Shown here: positions 1 through 9,931 of the stretch, piece after piece
How positions within the stretch are numbered: position 1 is the stretch's first letter
Layout: each line of letters starts with the position of its first letter
DNA from: a virus
IMG/VR virus record: IMGVR_UViG_3300027509_000012
Length of the DNA: 64,000 nt
Reading direction: 5' to 3' (one strand)
The notes under the pieces: model-generated
The model's input: only the letters and a program-made list of their open reading frames with translations
What the model was told of the DNA's origin: nothing
The model's database searches: none
Made by a program: the position numbers and the translations under genes

Positions 1-564
1 AGCATTCATTCCATATGTCCACATTGGACTGTTCAATGAATGTGCTTTAATTAAACCAAATATAGGTGTGGTCACAGTAATAGTGTGAGTTGTTTGGCAA
101 GTGCTCCCAACCATAGGACTAGCCATTTCGAGTTTCCATGATGATTTATTGTTAATTGCATAGTTATATAAAACACCACGGTGAACTGGATGCTCGGCAG
201 CATTGCCATTAGTTCTTATTATCTCTAAGATAGTTTTGATGTTGGGTGGAACTTCCATCACTCTATAATGATCAATGGCATTGGTTGGTTGACCGTATAT
301 GTTCGTGGCAAAGTTCTTACCATCATTGCAGTAAGATACCTCAGTCCAATTAACCTTGCTGCTTGTTAGTTTAGAATCATTAAAAGAGAAAAATTCAATA
401 CTATCACCTTTATCAAAAGCTGATTTGCTTGGAATAACAGCATAGTAAACCATAATATCATCAAAGTCCATTCTTTGTTCGTAGGCGTATACGGCACCAG
501 CAGCCAACAACAAAAAAATTATAATTGTCTGAGCTATCATCAATAATCGTTTATAAATACTCAT
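1..564 (-). CDS. Membrane-anchored hypothetical protein, truncated at the window edge
   Basis: Manual translation MSIYKRLLMIAQTIIIFLLLAAGAVYAY..., open to base 1; upstream GGA and TATAAATA (~589-596). Confidence 0.75.
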   Translation of the reverse strand, partial: MSIYKRLLMIAQTIIIFLLLAAGAVYAYEQRMDFDDIMVYYAVIPSKSAFDKGDSIEFFSFNDSKLTSSKVNWTEVSYCNDGKNFATNIYGQPTNAIDHYRVMEVPPNIKTILEIIRTNGNAAEHPVHRGVLYNYAINNKSSWKLEMASPMVGSTCQTTHTITVTTPIFGLIKAHSLNSPMWTYGMNA

Positions 565-608
565 AGTTTTAATCCAAAAGAATTATATATATTTATAATT
601 GTAGAGTA

Positions 609-1121
609 TTAAAGTGTTTCTAACTCGATAGATGTTTGATAAGCATCATGTATTTTTTCAGCATCTGAACTAGATAAGATAACATGATTCATTGAAATCA
701 AAATTATTTTGCCAGAATAATCCAGCTCATTTATATCACCATTACCAAAATCATCCCAATCATTATGCTTAACACAAAAGACAGATGGGATATTATTAGA
801 CGGATTCATGATCAATTGATCATCTACATCAATCACGACCATTAAAGTTGATCTTGATATACCAGTGACCTCACAATCATTAAAGTCATTATCAGTTGAT
901 TGATAGATTTCATCTTCAGTAGAATCAATAAAAGCATAATCATGAATGCGAAGATTCATTAATCGGTGTGAACGCAAATAATCGTTCATGGCATCATATC
1001 GTTCATAGTGTTTTTTGACAGCCGTGATGTAATGAGAACAATCAGTGGGGCTGCGTTCATAGGCAAATTCAGATTCTTCAAATAAATGCTCTGCAATGGA
1101 CTCAATCATTTGAGTATCCAT
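609..1121 (-). CDS. Hypothetical protein (C-terminal LxxL family)
   Basis: ORF 609..1163; likely start MDTQ after AGAG; ends IELETL. Confidence 0.7.
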   Translation of the reverse strand: MDTQMIESIAEHLFEESEFAYERSPTDCSHYITAVKKHYERYDAMNDYLRSHRLMNLRIHDYAFIDSTEDEIYQSTDNDFNDCEVTGISRSTLMVVIDVDDQLIMNPSNNIPSVFCVKHNDWDDFGNGDINELDYSGKIILISMNHVILSSSDAEKIHDAYQTSIELETL

Positions 1122-1181
1122 AATTAATTCTCTATTATTGATTTTTGTGGGACAAGTATACAATTAAATTAAAAATGATTA

Positions 1182-1197
1182 TGTGAACTGGTTCCGA
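1182..1197. promoter_or_regulatory. CRP-like box centred -41.5 from a minus-strand TATACT (1155-1160)
   Basis: TGTGA-ACTGGT-TCCGA. Confidence 0.5.
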
Positions 1198-1325
1198 TGT
1201 TATTAAAAACTGAGAAAAACGCTCCGAGATAATGACTGATTTAATGTGAATGTGGCCAGAGACTCGTGGGTATAATCGTCCTAGATCGTTTAAAGAGGTG
1301 CGCGAGGGCTGTGATAAATATGGAT

Positions 1326-1475
1326 ATGGATAATAAAGAACCAACCAAAGAAGAAGTTGAAGATGATCAGTATCTTCCTAAATCGATATTAGCTAAAGAT
1401 CTACCACAAGAAATTATCGATGCGATGAACGAACAATTAAAGCGTTATTCTGATAGTGAAGATGATTCTGATTGA
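1326..1475 (+). CDS. Small acidic protein, probable leaderless late gene
   Basis: ATAAATA 1314-1320, then 5 nt, then ATG in frame with ORF 1266..1475. Confidence 0.55.
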   Translation: MDNKEPTKEEVEDDQYLPKSILAKDLPQEIIDAMNEQLKRYSDSEDDSD

Positions 1476-1696
1476 TCATCTATAATTAATTCTTTAGCTT
1501 TAGCACTCAATTGGGCATGTTGTTTAGCCAGAAGTGCATTGCTAGTGTCAATAGAATCATGAATGGCCTGACGTTCGCGCTCGTTCAATCCCTCCATGCG
1601 ATCAGCCCTTGAGTGAAGCTCAGCTACTAGTTTAGCAGTTCGTGCCTTAAAATCGCTCTGAGAAGCTTCAAAATCTTTTAATGTTGGAAGACTCAT
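1445..1696 (-). CDS. Hypothetical coiled-coil protein
   Basis: ORF track; GGAG SD upstream. Confidence 0.7.
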   Translation of the reverse strand: MSLPTLKDFEASQSDFKARTAKLVAELHSRADRMEGLNERERQAIHDSIDTSNALLAKQHAQLSAKAKELIIDDQSESSSLSE

Positions 1697-1698
1697 AA

Positions 1699-2190
1699 TT
1701 ATTCTCCATCAATAATGTTAAGTTGTGTTTTTTCTGGGAATGCTTTGTGTACATCATCCATAGATTTTAGTATCACATGACAATCAACCAGATCACCAAC
1801 AAGATATTCATCTTGCTCAGTATTGGGATCGATTTGTATGAAACTCTCATACACAGCCAGATACTTTGAAAATTCAACCTGAAGATCATCCATTACAGAG
1901 TCTTCAGTAAATTCAACTCCAGCTCTACCTAATATAATAGATCGAATTATAAAACTAGATGTAAAAAACTGGGTGAAGTGGCTCAGAAGCATTTCTTCTG
2001 ATTTAGAACCTTCGTCATAATACGACGATAGTAATAAACTTAATCCTGTACAGCGAGACATAGCTTCTTGTGCGAGCGCAAGATCATTAGATATAGCTGC
2101 TCGATTTATAAGCTCGACTGGCGTTTCCTTGAATTGATCGGCTGACAGGGGTGATGCTATTAGCAATGCCAGCAGTATGATTAATTTCAT
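1699..2190 (-). CDS. Exported hypothetical protein
   Basis: Signal peptide MKLIILLALLIASPLSA; AGGA SD. Confidence 0.75.
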   Translation of the reverse strand: MKLIILLALLIASPLSADQFKETPVELINRAAISNDLALAQEAMSRCTGLSLLLSSYYDEGSKSEEMLLSHFTQFFTSSFIIRSIILGRAGVEFTEDSVMDDLQVEFSKYLAVYESFIQIDPNTEQDEYLVGDLVDCHVILKSMDDVHKAFPEKTQLNIIDGE

Positions 2191-2252
2191 AATTAATTAA
2201 TTTTCCTTTGAAATCAGATTATATCATATTTAATTGTGTTATAGTTAATCTT

Positions 2253-2498
2253 ATGAATTTACCCTACAAAATAAATGAATTAGTGGAAGTCACTCAACGG
2301 CACTACGGTGTGCAGTCAGTGGGTGAAGTTCCAGAACCTCCGAGAATCGAAAAGAAAATCGGCGCATTCAAGGGTATAGATCGAGATGGTATGTATATTG
2401 TTGTTGTCGTTGTGTCTGATCAACTATCATCCGAATTATATTATGAACCGTGGGATGTTGAGTCTGTGACTCTAATAGATGATTTAATCAGTATTTAA
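2253..2498 (+). CDS. Small protein (LxxI family), probably leaderless
   Basis: TGtTATAGT -10 lies 7 nt before ATG 2253; ends DDLISI. Confidence 0.65.
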   Translation: MNLPYKINELVEVTQRHYGVQSVGEVPEPPRIEKKIGAFKGIDRDGMYIVVVVVSDQLSSELYYEPWDVESVTLIDDLISI

Positions 2499-2803
2499 AT
2501 AAACTTCATTTTATCTATATGATGATTAAAGGGTATTCGCTTAGCAATAATCCATATATCACCATCAAATATTGACTGTACAAACTTAACGAAATCTTTA
2601 TTATCTATTTTATAATCTATTCGATAGTGCCATCCACGAGTACCTAATTCGGTTATATCTATAATTCCCTTCACCATATTGCCAGCGCGGTTTTTTACGT
2701 AAACAACATCGCCTTTTTTGAAATACGATTTATCAGGATTCGCATCAAAATCTTTTAGAGATGTATTTGCGAGGTTTAGATATTCTATGTGGTTTACTAT
2801 CAT
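2495..2803 (-). CDS. Small SH3/KOW-like protein
   Basis: FKKGDVVYV motif; ends DKMKFI. Confidence 0.65.
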   Translation of the reverse strand: MIVNHIEYLNLANTSLKDFDANPDKSYFKKGDVVYVKNRAGNMVKGIIDITELGTRGWHYRIDYKIDNKDFVKFVQSIFDGDIWIIAKRIPFNHHIDKMKFI

Positions 2804-2807
2804 AATT

Positions 2808-3020
2808 TTAAGGGCTTTCTAATTCCTTAGCATACTTGTCCATCAATTGATCAGCCAGATCAAAACTCTCTTTAACCAGTTCAAAACTTTCAACTTCGAC
2901 GCTACCAGCATCAACACCTTTTTGTAAGTCTGATAATAGCGCATCTATTTCTATTTTACTGGATGCTCGAAATTCGTTAAATTCTGTTAGTGTTCCAAAT
3001 TCTTCTAGTGCTTCATTCAT
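2808..3020 (-). CDS. Hypothetical protein
   Basis: ORF track; tight operon packing. Confidence 0.65.
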   Translation of the reverse strand: MNEALEEFGTLTEFNEFRASSKIEIDALLSDLQKGVDAGSVEVESFELVKESFDLADQLMDKYAKELESP

Positions 3021-3022
3021 AA

Positions 3023-3253
3023 TTAATATCCTATGTGTGCAATCGCAAGTGCTTCGTACTTGTCATCATCCTCTACCATACAAGTAACTTCAATGCCAAG
3101 TTCCTTCATAAAACCATTGAAATATTCACTACGCCATCTAGCATCATTCTCATACCATAAATCAATCACGTTATCGTCTTCATCAAAGACAGCTTCGAAT
3201 TCGCCTTGATCGTCTGTTTGAAAACTCAGTATTTTAATTTTACGCTTGTGCAT
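3023..3253 (-). CDS. Hypothetical protein
   Basis: ORF track; AAGGA SD. Confidence 0.7.
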   Translation of the reverse strand: MHKRKIKILSFQTDDQGEFEAVFDEDDNVIDLWYENDARWRSEYFNGFMKELGIEVTCMVEDDDKYEALAIAHIGY

Positions 3254-3520
3254 ATTTAAATTTCCTTTAATAAATTTATTTTTTGTTCCATACCATCTGT
3301 GATGGTGATTTGCTCTACTGTTATATCGGGTTAATTATCATGATTTAATTATATCATGGTTTAATCATATCATCAAATCAATAAATGTGTCGATGATGTT
3401 AAAAGTGTGAACTAGTCGAGGTTTTTATTATTGACAAATAAAACTTTATTAATTTTTTGTTGTTTGCTATAGTTTACATTCAGGATACAATTGTATGGAT
3501 GCAATAGCAGGAAATTAAAT

Positions 3521-3655
3521 TTGAGAAAATTAAATCGTTTCAAACGACGCAAAATACGTCAACGTCAAAATAAACCAATAATAAGAATAACTAAACTTTT
3601 TGCAGTCACAATAATTTTATTATATATTGGACTTCATATAGCTTCGGTATTATAA
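3521..3655 (+). CDS. Small basic single-pass membrane protein (44 aa)
   Basis: Manual: TTG start after AGGA; LRKLNRFKRRK...LFAVTIILLYIGLHIASVL. Confidence 0.45.
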   Translation: MRKLNRFKRRKIRQRQNKPIIRITKLFAVTIILLYIGLHIASVL

Positions 3656-3656
3656 A

Positions 3657-3917
3657 TTAATTCCAATCTTCGTCTTGTAGATCTTCGATAGCAGCGGTCA
3701 TGATCGCATCTTCATCTGCTGTAAATCCAACTCGATCTTCTTGTTGCCATTCAGAGAAGGTTTCGGAATTTAATTCTTTTATCTGTTGGAGTTTTGATCG
3801 TGCTTTATTAATCACATCATTAGGACTACCAGTAACTTTAAAAGTTTTAGATTTGTGTCCATCGAAATTGACTCGAATTATTAATACACCTTCATTTAAT
3901 AGTTCATACATTTTCAT
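3657..3917 (-). CDS. Hypothetical protein with MKxxEL N-terminus
   Basis: MKMYELLNE. Confidence 0.65.
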   Translation of the reverse strand: MKMYELLNEGVLIIRVNFDGHKSKTFKVTGSPNDVINKARSKLQQIKELNSETFSEWQQEDRVGFTADEDAIMTAAIEDLQDEDWN

Positions 3918-4503
3918 TGTTATTACTCAACTTCTTAATGTGTTCTTGTGTCTTTTGCTTCACTCGATCAAAAACACTGTTAGATATTAAATAGAAATTC
4001 GTATCTTTATGGAAATAAGTATAGTGTTGTAGTCGCTTAGCCATTCTACTGTATAACTTTTGTCGAGATGGTTCTGCTGCTTCGAGATGCATGAAATCTG
4101 GATATTCATCATTAATGAAATTGTTTATTCCCTTCATAACAGCACTGAAGATATACACCTGTTCACCATTTCCAGATATACCAAAATTACCATCCATATC
4201 AAATACCACACTGTAGAAGTGATCAGTTTGTTTAATTATATCAGCATATTCAAATTCAAATTCACTAAGAACGTTTCTTGGTATATCTTCGTAATTAGAT
4301 CCACCATTAGCCAATGCTTTTTGGAAGTATCTAAAAGCCCACATGGACAATACATCATCCATTTCTTCATGCAGGCGGGTTTTGTTTATTGCCAGTTCGC
4401 CTTGTTGATCGTTGGGTGTTACAAACTTGTACAGTCGTTCACCATGCTTGCTAGTGGTAACTTTTAATTCTACATCACTGGTAAAGAGTTCATCTAATCG
4501 CAT
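3904..4503 (-). CDS. Hypothetical late protein with MRLDELF N-terminus
   Basis: ORF track; ATAAATA upstream; SRQKLYSRM motif. Confidence 0.75.
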   Translation of the reverse strand: MRLDELFTSDVELKVTTSKHGERLYKFVTPNDQQGELAINKTRLHEEMDDVLSMWAFRYFQKALANGGSNYEDIPRNVLSEFEFEYADIIKQTDHFYSVVFDMDGNFGISGNGEQVYIFSAVMKGINNFINDEYPDFMHLEAAEPSRQKLYSRMAKRLQHYTYFHKDTNFYLISNSVFDRVKQKTQEHIKKLSNNNENV

Positions 4504-4579
4504 AATTAATTTCTATCGTTAATATACTATTTATTTGATTCTCATGTATAATGAATTAAATTCAATGTAGAAATTAATT

Positions 4580-4789
4580 ATGAATGAAGAAATTAAAAAA
4601 ATTGAAGAAGAACTCAAAGCAGAAGAAGCGCGAGCGTTGGGTGTTTATAATCTCTACTTGGAAAATAAGTCTCAAAAACTCGCTACTGAAATGGCGTTTT
4701 ATATTGATGGTGTGCGTTTTGCTATGACAAAGCTTAATTATATTGCCCGAAACAGTGATAAAGAAAATGTTGAAGAAACTAACATTTGA
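4580..4789 (+). CDS. Hypothetical protein
   Basis: ORF track. Confidence 0.6.
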   Translation: MNEEIKKIEEELKAEEARALGVYNLYLENKSQKLATEMAFYIDGVRFAMTKLNYIARNSDKENVEETNI

Positions 4790-5018
4790 TGTTAATGATG
4801 TATTTCATATACTGGTTTCAAGTAAAATAAATCCTTCTCTGGATAGAAATAAAATGGTCCCAACTTGCGTAACAGTCTCTCAAAAATATTTGGCTGAATC
4901 TGGATTATACGTTTACATTGCACATGATTGTCGTGGCGTGGATTATTTTATCCAAGCGGATAATAAAGGAATATATGAAATGATGGTAGTTGATACCGAC
5001 GATCTAATGGAGATTTAA
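4767..5018 (+). CDS. Small protein (LxxI family)
   Basis: In frame with ORF 4743; ends DDLMEI. Confidence 0.6.
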   Translation: MLKKLTFDVNDVFHILVSSKINPSLDRNKMVPTCVTVSQKYLAESGLYVYIAHDCRGVDYFIQADNKGIYEMMVVDTDDLMEI

Positions 5019-5588
5019 AATAACTGTTCTATTTTTTAAATATTTATTTATTTCATCGATAATTAAATGTTTGTGACGACTATGTACATATTGATGATGT
5101 GTGGGGCAGAGTGGTACTAAGTTTGATGGATCATCATTGCTATGATCTTCATCCATATGATGGACAGCTACTATACGACGCTCATCACACACAGCACATT
5201 TCTTTTCGTAATGTCTGAAGCATATAGTCCTGTAGTTTGTTGCTTTGTATCGTCGCTTAAAAAACTTATTTGAACATGCTCTAGAACATGTTTTAGCATT
5301 TTTCGTATTTACTGGTTTATCACACACTGCACAGAGTATAATATTCACTGGATTACGCAAACAATTTTTTACATGATTTTTAAACCCACTTGAAAATAAA
5401 GCGATTGTGCAATGTGGACATTTTTGTTTAATTAAATTTTTTGGATTCAGTGAACAATATTTTATATGTTTTTTAAATCCACAAGAAGATATTAGATCTG
5501 TGCAATGTGGACATTCTTTTTTTGTAGCGACAGCCTTTTTTCTTGCTTTTTCAAGATTTTGTAAATGTTGATCTGATTTTTGATACAT
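5004..5588 (-). CDS. HNH homing endonuclease with Zn fingers
   Basis: CxxC repeats and VHHMDEDHSNDDPSNLVPLCPTHH; adjacent to a tRNA. Confidence 0.85.
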   Translation of the reverse strand: MYQKSDQHLQNLEKARKKAVATKKECPHCTDLISSCGFKKHIKYCSLNPKNLIKQKCPHCTIALFSSGFKNHVKNCLRNPVNIILCAVCDKPVNTKNAKTCSRACSNKFFKRRYKATNYRTICFRHYEKKCAVCDERRIVAVHHMDEDHSNDDPSNLVPLCPTHHQYVHSRHKHLIIDEINKYLKNRTVILNLH

Positions 5589-5632
5589 TAATATATTATA
5601 TACTAATGTGAACCAGTTCGCAAATTAAGAAA

Positions 5633-5706
5633 TGGTCAGGATGGCAGAAATCGAATCTGCACCTTTTCTTTCCAAAAGAAATACTCTACCTTTGAGCTAC
5701 ACCCTG
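5633..5706 (-). tRNA. tRNA-Pro(UGG)
   Basis: CAGGGTG/CATCCTG acceptor stem, TTTCT-TTTGGAA-AGAAA anticodon arm, TTCGATT T-loop, encoded CCA. Confidence 0.9.
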
Positions 5707-5844
5707 ATAACTTAATACTTAAAATAGCTCGTTATACAAACGAGTAAGTAGTAAAGTTATCCGGCATCGGGCGAGCACTCTCAGAAGAAAGTAGAGTAGT
5801 CCCAATTGTAATATTTAATGTGCTCATTTTTTAGCTCTAGTTGT

Positions 5845-5921
5845 TGGTAGCGCGAGTCGGCTTCGATCCGACGACCTCTGGGTTATGAACCCAGCGAGAT
5901 ACCTGACTTCTCCACCGCGCA
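5845..5921 (-). tRNA. Initiator tRNA-fMet(CAU)
   Basis: CTGGG-TTCATAA-CCCAG (three G-C pairs), 1:72 mismatch, A11-U24 pair, encoded CCA. Confidence 0.88.
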
Positions 5922-6062
5922 ATTAATTCGTAATTCTATTTATGTAGAGTAACAAATAAATTATAACAAATCAATAATTATGTTTTATATTAAGTGAATC
6001 TTTAACTTCTCTATATATTGGACTTACCATCTGAGCTATCTGATACAACCATAATTAATTCC

Positions 6063-6221
6063 TCAATCATAATCGGCTATTAAATCATCAACTATACTTT
6101 CTAGTTTAGAAATTTCTTTATGGATTACAGCCTTTTGTTCTTTTATCAGTTTTTCCAATGCAGCAATTTCTTCTTTTGCTTCATCAATTCGTGTTAGTGG
6201 ATCTTTATCTTCTTCAGCCAT
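6063..6221 (-). CDS. Small coiled-coil protein
   Basis: Likely start MAEEDKDPL after AGGA. Confidence 0.6.
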   Translation of the reverse strand: MAEEDKDPLTRIDEAKEEIAALEKLIKEQKAVIHKEISKLESIVDDLIADYD

Positions 6222-6822
6222 AATTAATATTCCTATTGTTATTTTGCCATTCGTCTGCAAGAGCTTCGTATGTCATTAAATCACTTATGTGGACATTCTT
6301 GCAATCTGTCCAAAACTTAGTTCCGTTTGCTGGATCGACCTCTCCCTTCCTCCACACAGTCCCAAACTCATTAAACATGTCCTGACTCATTCCACCGAGA
6401 ATAAACGCTGTGTGATAGCGGCTGGAATCCTGAGTGGTATTTGAGCGATCCCTTTGAAGGGAAACAAATACATAATAATCTGGTCTTTGATGTGCATGAT
6501 TATATAGTGGAATCGAACAATCGTAATCTGGTCGTGGTCTAACAGTTCTATCTTTTGTTTTAACGTCAAAAGTAGCACCATCATCTAAACGATAATCGTG
6601 AGTTGTTTGCGTTAATTCTGGTGTAATTGAAACACCATCATAATCCAACCAAATTTCAGTCACGACTTCTCCAATTGTTCCGACGATATTCGCATCTACC
6701 TTTCGATGAGAATTATTAAACACTGGAAGTTTTTCAACACGTCGATCTACTTCATTTAAGATTTTTTTAGTTAATTTCAATTCAAGCAATCGATTTCTCC
6801 TGTATTTTGAGAATGATATCAT
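6214..6822 (-). CDS. Putative PD-(D/E)xK nuclease-fold protein
   Basis: GTIGE...HDY...FDVKT...PDYYVFV pattern. Confidence 0.55.
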   Translation of the reverse strand: MISFSKYRRNRLLELKLTKKILNEVDRRVEKLPVFNNSHRKVDANIVGTIGEVVTEIWLDYDGVSITPELTQTTHDYRLDDGATFDVKTKDRTVRPRPDYDCSIPLYNHAHQRPDYYVFVSLQRDRSNTTQDSSRYHTAFILGGMSQDMFNEFGTVWRKGEVDPANGTKFWTDCKNVHISDLMTYEALADEWQNNNRNINYG

Positions 6823-6864
6823 ATATAATTATGTGATACAAACACTTGCAAATGGGAATTAATT

Positions 6865-7080
6865 ATGACTAAAGATCAATTACGACTTGTTTACGTCCAC
6901 AACAATGGCTTGAAATTCAGAATTGAGTCGGCTAAAACAGTAGATCCTAAAGGCGATGCATACAAAAAAGCAGTTGATAAGCACGATCAATTTATTAAAT
7001 CATATGGTGGTAAAGCTGAATTAACCAAAATACTCAAACAGTATGAAGATTTAGTGGCATCTGAAAATAAAGGCAAATGA
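6865..7080 (+). CDS. Hypothetical protein, paralogue of 7121..7402
   Basis: MTKDQLR...YGGKAEL. Confidence 0.7.
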   Translation: MTKDQLRLVYVHNNGLKFRIESAKTVDPKGDAYKKAVDKHDQFIKSYGGKAELTKILKQYEDLVASENKGK

Positions 7081-7120
7081 AGTTACTGGTTAATAAATAC
7101 TCTATTACTGGAGAAATTAA

Positions 7121-7402
7121 ATGACTAAGAAAGAACTACGACCGATTATGATTCACTATAAACAATTAAAAGATCAAATCGCGTTAACCAAACAAGCCAT
7201 TGATAGTGTTAATCAAAATCCAAAAACTAATCGTTCGAAAGTCGAAAATTCTCGGATGGCTCTGGTAGCATCACATAAAAACGCACTTCGAGCATTTAAG
7301 AAATTTCAAGAAAAGCATGGTGGTGAAGTAGCACTAAATCAACTTGTAAGTCAGGCTGATGATGTAGTTACCGACAAAGACGATATATTATATCGATTCT
7401 AA
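7121..7402 (+). CDS. Hypothetical late protein, paralogue of 6865..7080
   Basis: MTKKELR...HGGEVAL; ATAAATA and GGAG upstream. Confidence 0.75.
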   Translation: MTKKELRPIMIHYKQLKDQIALTKQAIDSVNQNPKTNRSKVENSRMALVASHKNALRAFKKFQEKHGGEVALNQLVSQADDVVTDKDDILYRF

Positions 7403-7645
7403 ATCTTTAATATCTTCATCTAAACTTCTAATATATAAACAGTTGGCGTGTACTCCACCGCCACCTTTAACTTCAGGATCAATATTAGTAACTCTATAGT
7501 CATGGTGGAAACCTCTTTCTTTACCATAACCTATTTCTTCTATTATTACTTCAGTAAATTTTGTATCACTTATTTTTAAATATGCAATATCTCCGACTTT
7601 AAACGAAGTAGTTGTAGCTTGTTGATATTTCATAACCAACCACAT
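7388..7645 (-). CDS. Small SH3-like protein (LxxI family)
   Basis: FKVGD motif; ends KDLESI. Confidence 0.65.
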   Translation of the reverse strand: MWLVMKYQQATTTSFKVGDIAYLKISDTKFTEVIIEEIGYGKERGFHHDYRVTNIDPEVKGGGGVHANCLYIRSLDEDIKDLESI

Positions 7646-8124
7646 TTTTTATTAAATAATTCAGCAAATCCATCCAACACAAATATTCCACCCCTTGCAC
7701 TAACCAAACCTTTATCTGGATACACAATTGTAATATTAATTTTTTGTCCTGTTTTTAATACATCAATGAATGATTCATAAGTATGACCACCTTCTTGTAG
7801 TACATTTTTTCTAGCGATGGTTATTTCTCGATTAATTTGCATTCCAACTTTAGTTTTAAGTTTTTCTCCGTCAAGGTGCCGAACAAAAATATCTACTTGA
7901 CTTGTTACATATCTTGGTAATAAATCTAAGTTAATTAAAATAATAACATCATTTGATGTTGGTTTACATTGAATAATTAATGATGTGCCAAATTTTGCAT
8001 AATCTCTTGATTCAATTTTCAAAGAAGTAACACTGGCAGCATTTATTTCACTAGTCCATTCAGCGATTGTTGGAGTGGGAAAAAAGGTAATTGTTAAAAG
8101 TAACAATATTGATAAGAACTTCAT
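7630..8124 (-). CDS. Exported protein, paralogue of 9932..10438
   Basis: Signal peptide; GGIFVLDGFAE...C. Confidence 0.7.
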   Translation of the reverse strand: MKFLSILLLLTITFFPTPTIAEWTSEINAASVTSLKIESRDYAKFGTSLIIQCKPTSNDVIILINLDLLPRYVTSQVDIFVRHLDGEKLKTKVGMQINREITIARKNVLQEGGHTYESFIDVLKTGQKINITIVYPDKGLVSARGGIFVLDGFAELFNKKCGWL

Positions 8125-8136
8125 TTGAGTTTCCTG

Positions 8137-8427
8137 TTAAATAAATTTTAGTGCTGCTACTATGTCACTTCCTGATAATTCGTATATGGCAGAATAATAA
8201 ACACCGCTTGAGTATTCAAATCCACCTACAACATCAGCTACATCATAAGACAATATCCCACCATGAGATACTGTTTTTTTAGTGACATATACGTATTTAA
8301 ATTCTTGAGTTGAATTTTCATCAGGCACATAGTTTTTAATATAAAATTTATCACCAACATCATAAAAAGAAGTTAAACCTCGATCTTGATTTAAGTCTAA
8401 GGCACGAACAAATTTAAATCTCATCAT
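8137..8427 (-). CDS. Small protein (LxxI family)
   Basis: YDVGD motif; ends AALKFI. Confidence 0.65.
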   Translation of the reverse strand: MMRFKFVRALDLNQDRGLTSFYDVGDKFYIKNYVPDENSTQEFKYVYVTKKTVSHGGILSYDVADVVGGFEYSSGVYYSAIYELSGSDIVAALKFI

Positions 8428-8633
8428 TTACCCCATAATTTCAATATTAATATATCAGTGATATACATCCATATCGCACTAAAAAGAAATGAAAGTCCAA
8501 TAGAAACATACACGATAATAGTACCGTACACATCGATCATATGCATAGACTGCCTACTTAATGCCAACGTACCAAGATATAAAACAAACATGAATAATTC
8601 AAAGAGAAAAAATTGAATGAATTTATTAGTCAT
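8424..8633 (-). CDS. Small two-TM membrane protein
   Basis: Two hydrophobic segments. Confidence 0.6.
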   Translation of the reverse strand: MTNKFIQFFLFELFMFVLYLGTLALSRQSMHMIDVYGTIIVYVSIGLSFLFSAIWMYITDILILKLWGK

Positions 8634-8855
8634 ACATCACAAATTAATTAATAGTTAATTGTTATTATTATATCACGATAAATCAATTAAGTAATTAATT
8701 ATGAGTATAGAAAAGCAAGTCTTTAAATCTCCATTGGAAGATTTAATAAAATCTCGACCAAAAAACAAACCAACATCATCATCGTTTGGTCATAGACCAC
8801 AGGATATTGAGAAAAAGAAATTAGCTGAAGAAGCTGATGAAAAGAAGACCGATAC

Positions 8856-9101
8856 TTAAAGACATTGAAGTTCGTTTATAAACCGTGGAATGTAATCAAC
8901 AAAGTCTGGATCATCAAGCTCTGTAACTTGTACGGAGCCTAGACTTTCATCATTGATCGTAATAAAGAACCACAATCCTTCATCTATAATGCCAGTGAAT
9001 TTATTAGTCTCGCCCCAGTCGATAACAAAACCCTTTAGGTTAATTGTCTCAACGTAGTCGCCGACTTCTAAATCAATAATTTCTAATTCACTGAATATCA
9101 T
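8856..9101 (-). CDS. Small protein (LxxL family), leaderless late gene
   Basis: TATAAATA-ctcaa-ATG; LEVGD; ends NELQCL. Confidence 0.7.
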   Translation of the reverse strand: MIFSELEIIDLEVGDYVETINLKGFVIDWGETNKFTGIIDEGLWFFITINDESLGSVQVTELDDPDFVDYIPRFINELQCL

Positions 9102-9125
9102 TTGAGTATTTATATACTCGACAAT

Positions 9126-9356
9126 TCAAATTCTATCTAAATCCGTACAAGTCAATTTCATTAAATCTTTTACGCTTGCATCCCAGACTTTTATTTCTTC
9201 ATCATTAAAATCTTTAACTAGATAAAGACCAACAAAAAAATAATCTGCTTTATATAAAATACGAAATAATTTATCTGCATCTTCATAAGCATCAAACGTT
9301 CTGGCCTCACCCTCACCATCCACTGTTTCTACAAATTCGACACAATACTGATTCAT
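9126..9356 (-). CDS. Small protein (LxxI family)
   Basis: Ends DLDRI. Confidence 0.65.
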   Translation of the reverse strand: MNQYCVEFVETVDGEGEARTFDAYEDADKLFRILYKADYFFVGLYLVKDFNDEEIKVWDASVKDLMKLTCTDLDRI

Positions 9357-9894
9357 ATTAATTCAAGCTCGTTGCAGGCAGATTCACATGTAGTTTCAAC
9401 AAATATTTCTATCGAGTATCACATAGACCTAGTATAGCAAAATTAATTAATTATTCTAAATAATAATGTCTATAGTATCACATATTATATTATCAATTAA
9501 TGCGATAATTAATCGATATATTGGGTAGGAAAATATTATGGTGCTTTTTGGAATACTTGGAATTCTTATAGTTGTTGGTTGGCTTCGTTATGAAATAAGC
9601 GAAATAATAAAAAAACGCAAAACGCGGGCAAACTATAAACAAAAATAAACTTGAACATGCTGGTAATTAATTCATTAATAGTGTTACATACTGTTAAATA
9701 ACTGAGAATTAATTATGGATGTTTCAACTGAAGAAAGAGAAGCAATTGCGGCAATTGCAGCTATTCAAGAAAAACAACGACATAAAAAATGCGTTAAATT
9801 GCGAATAGATAAAATGATGTTTGGCTGGGTGTTGCCAATGACTATTGGTTTTGCTGGTGGTTTTGCGGTGGTTTATCATTATTACGTTTAATGA

Positions 9895-9927
9895 AAAAAA
9901 GAACCATCATACAGATGGTTCTTTTTT
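9895..9927. terminator. Bidirectional intrinsic terminator
   Basis: A-run, GAACCATC/GATGGTTC stem, T-run, between convergent ORFs. Confidence 0.8.
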
Positions 9928-9931
9928 GTCT

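Noticed and set aside
3329-3373. Three imperfect TTAATTATATCATG repeats as origin iterons
   Set aside because: Short, AT-rich and degenerate; they read as stacked TG-extended -10 elements on the minus strand
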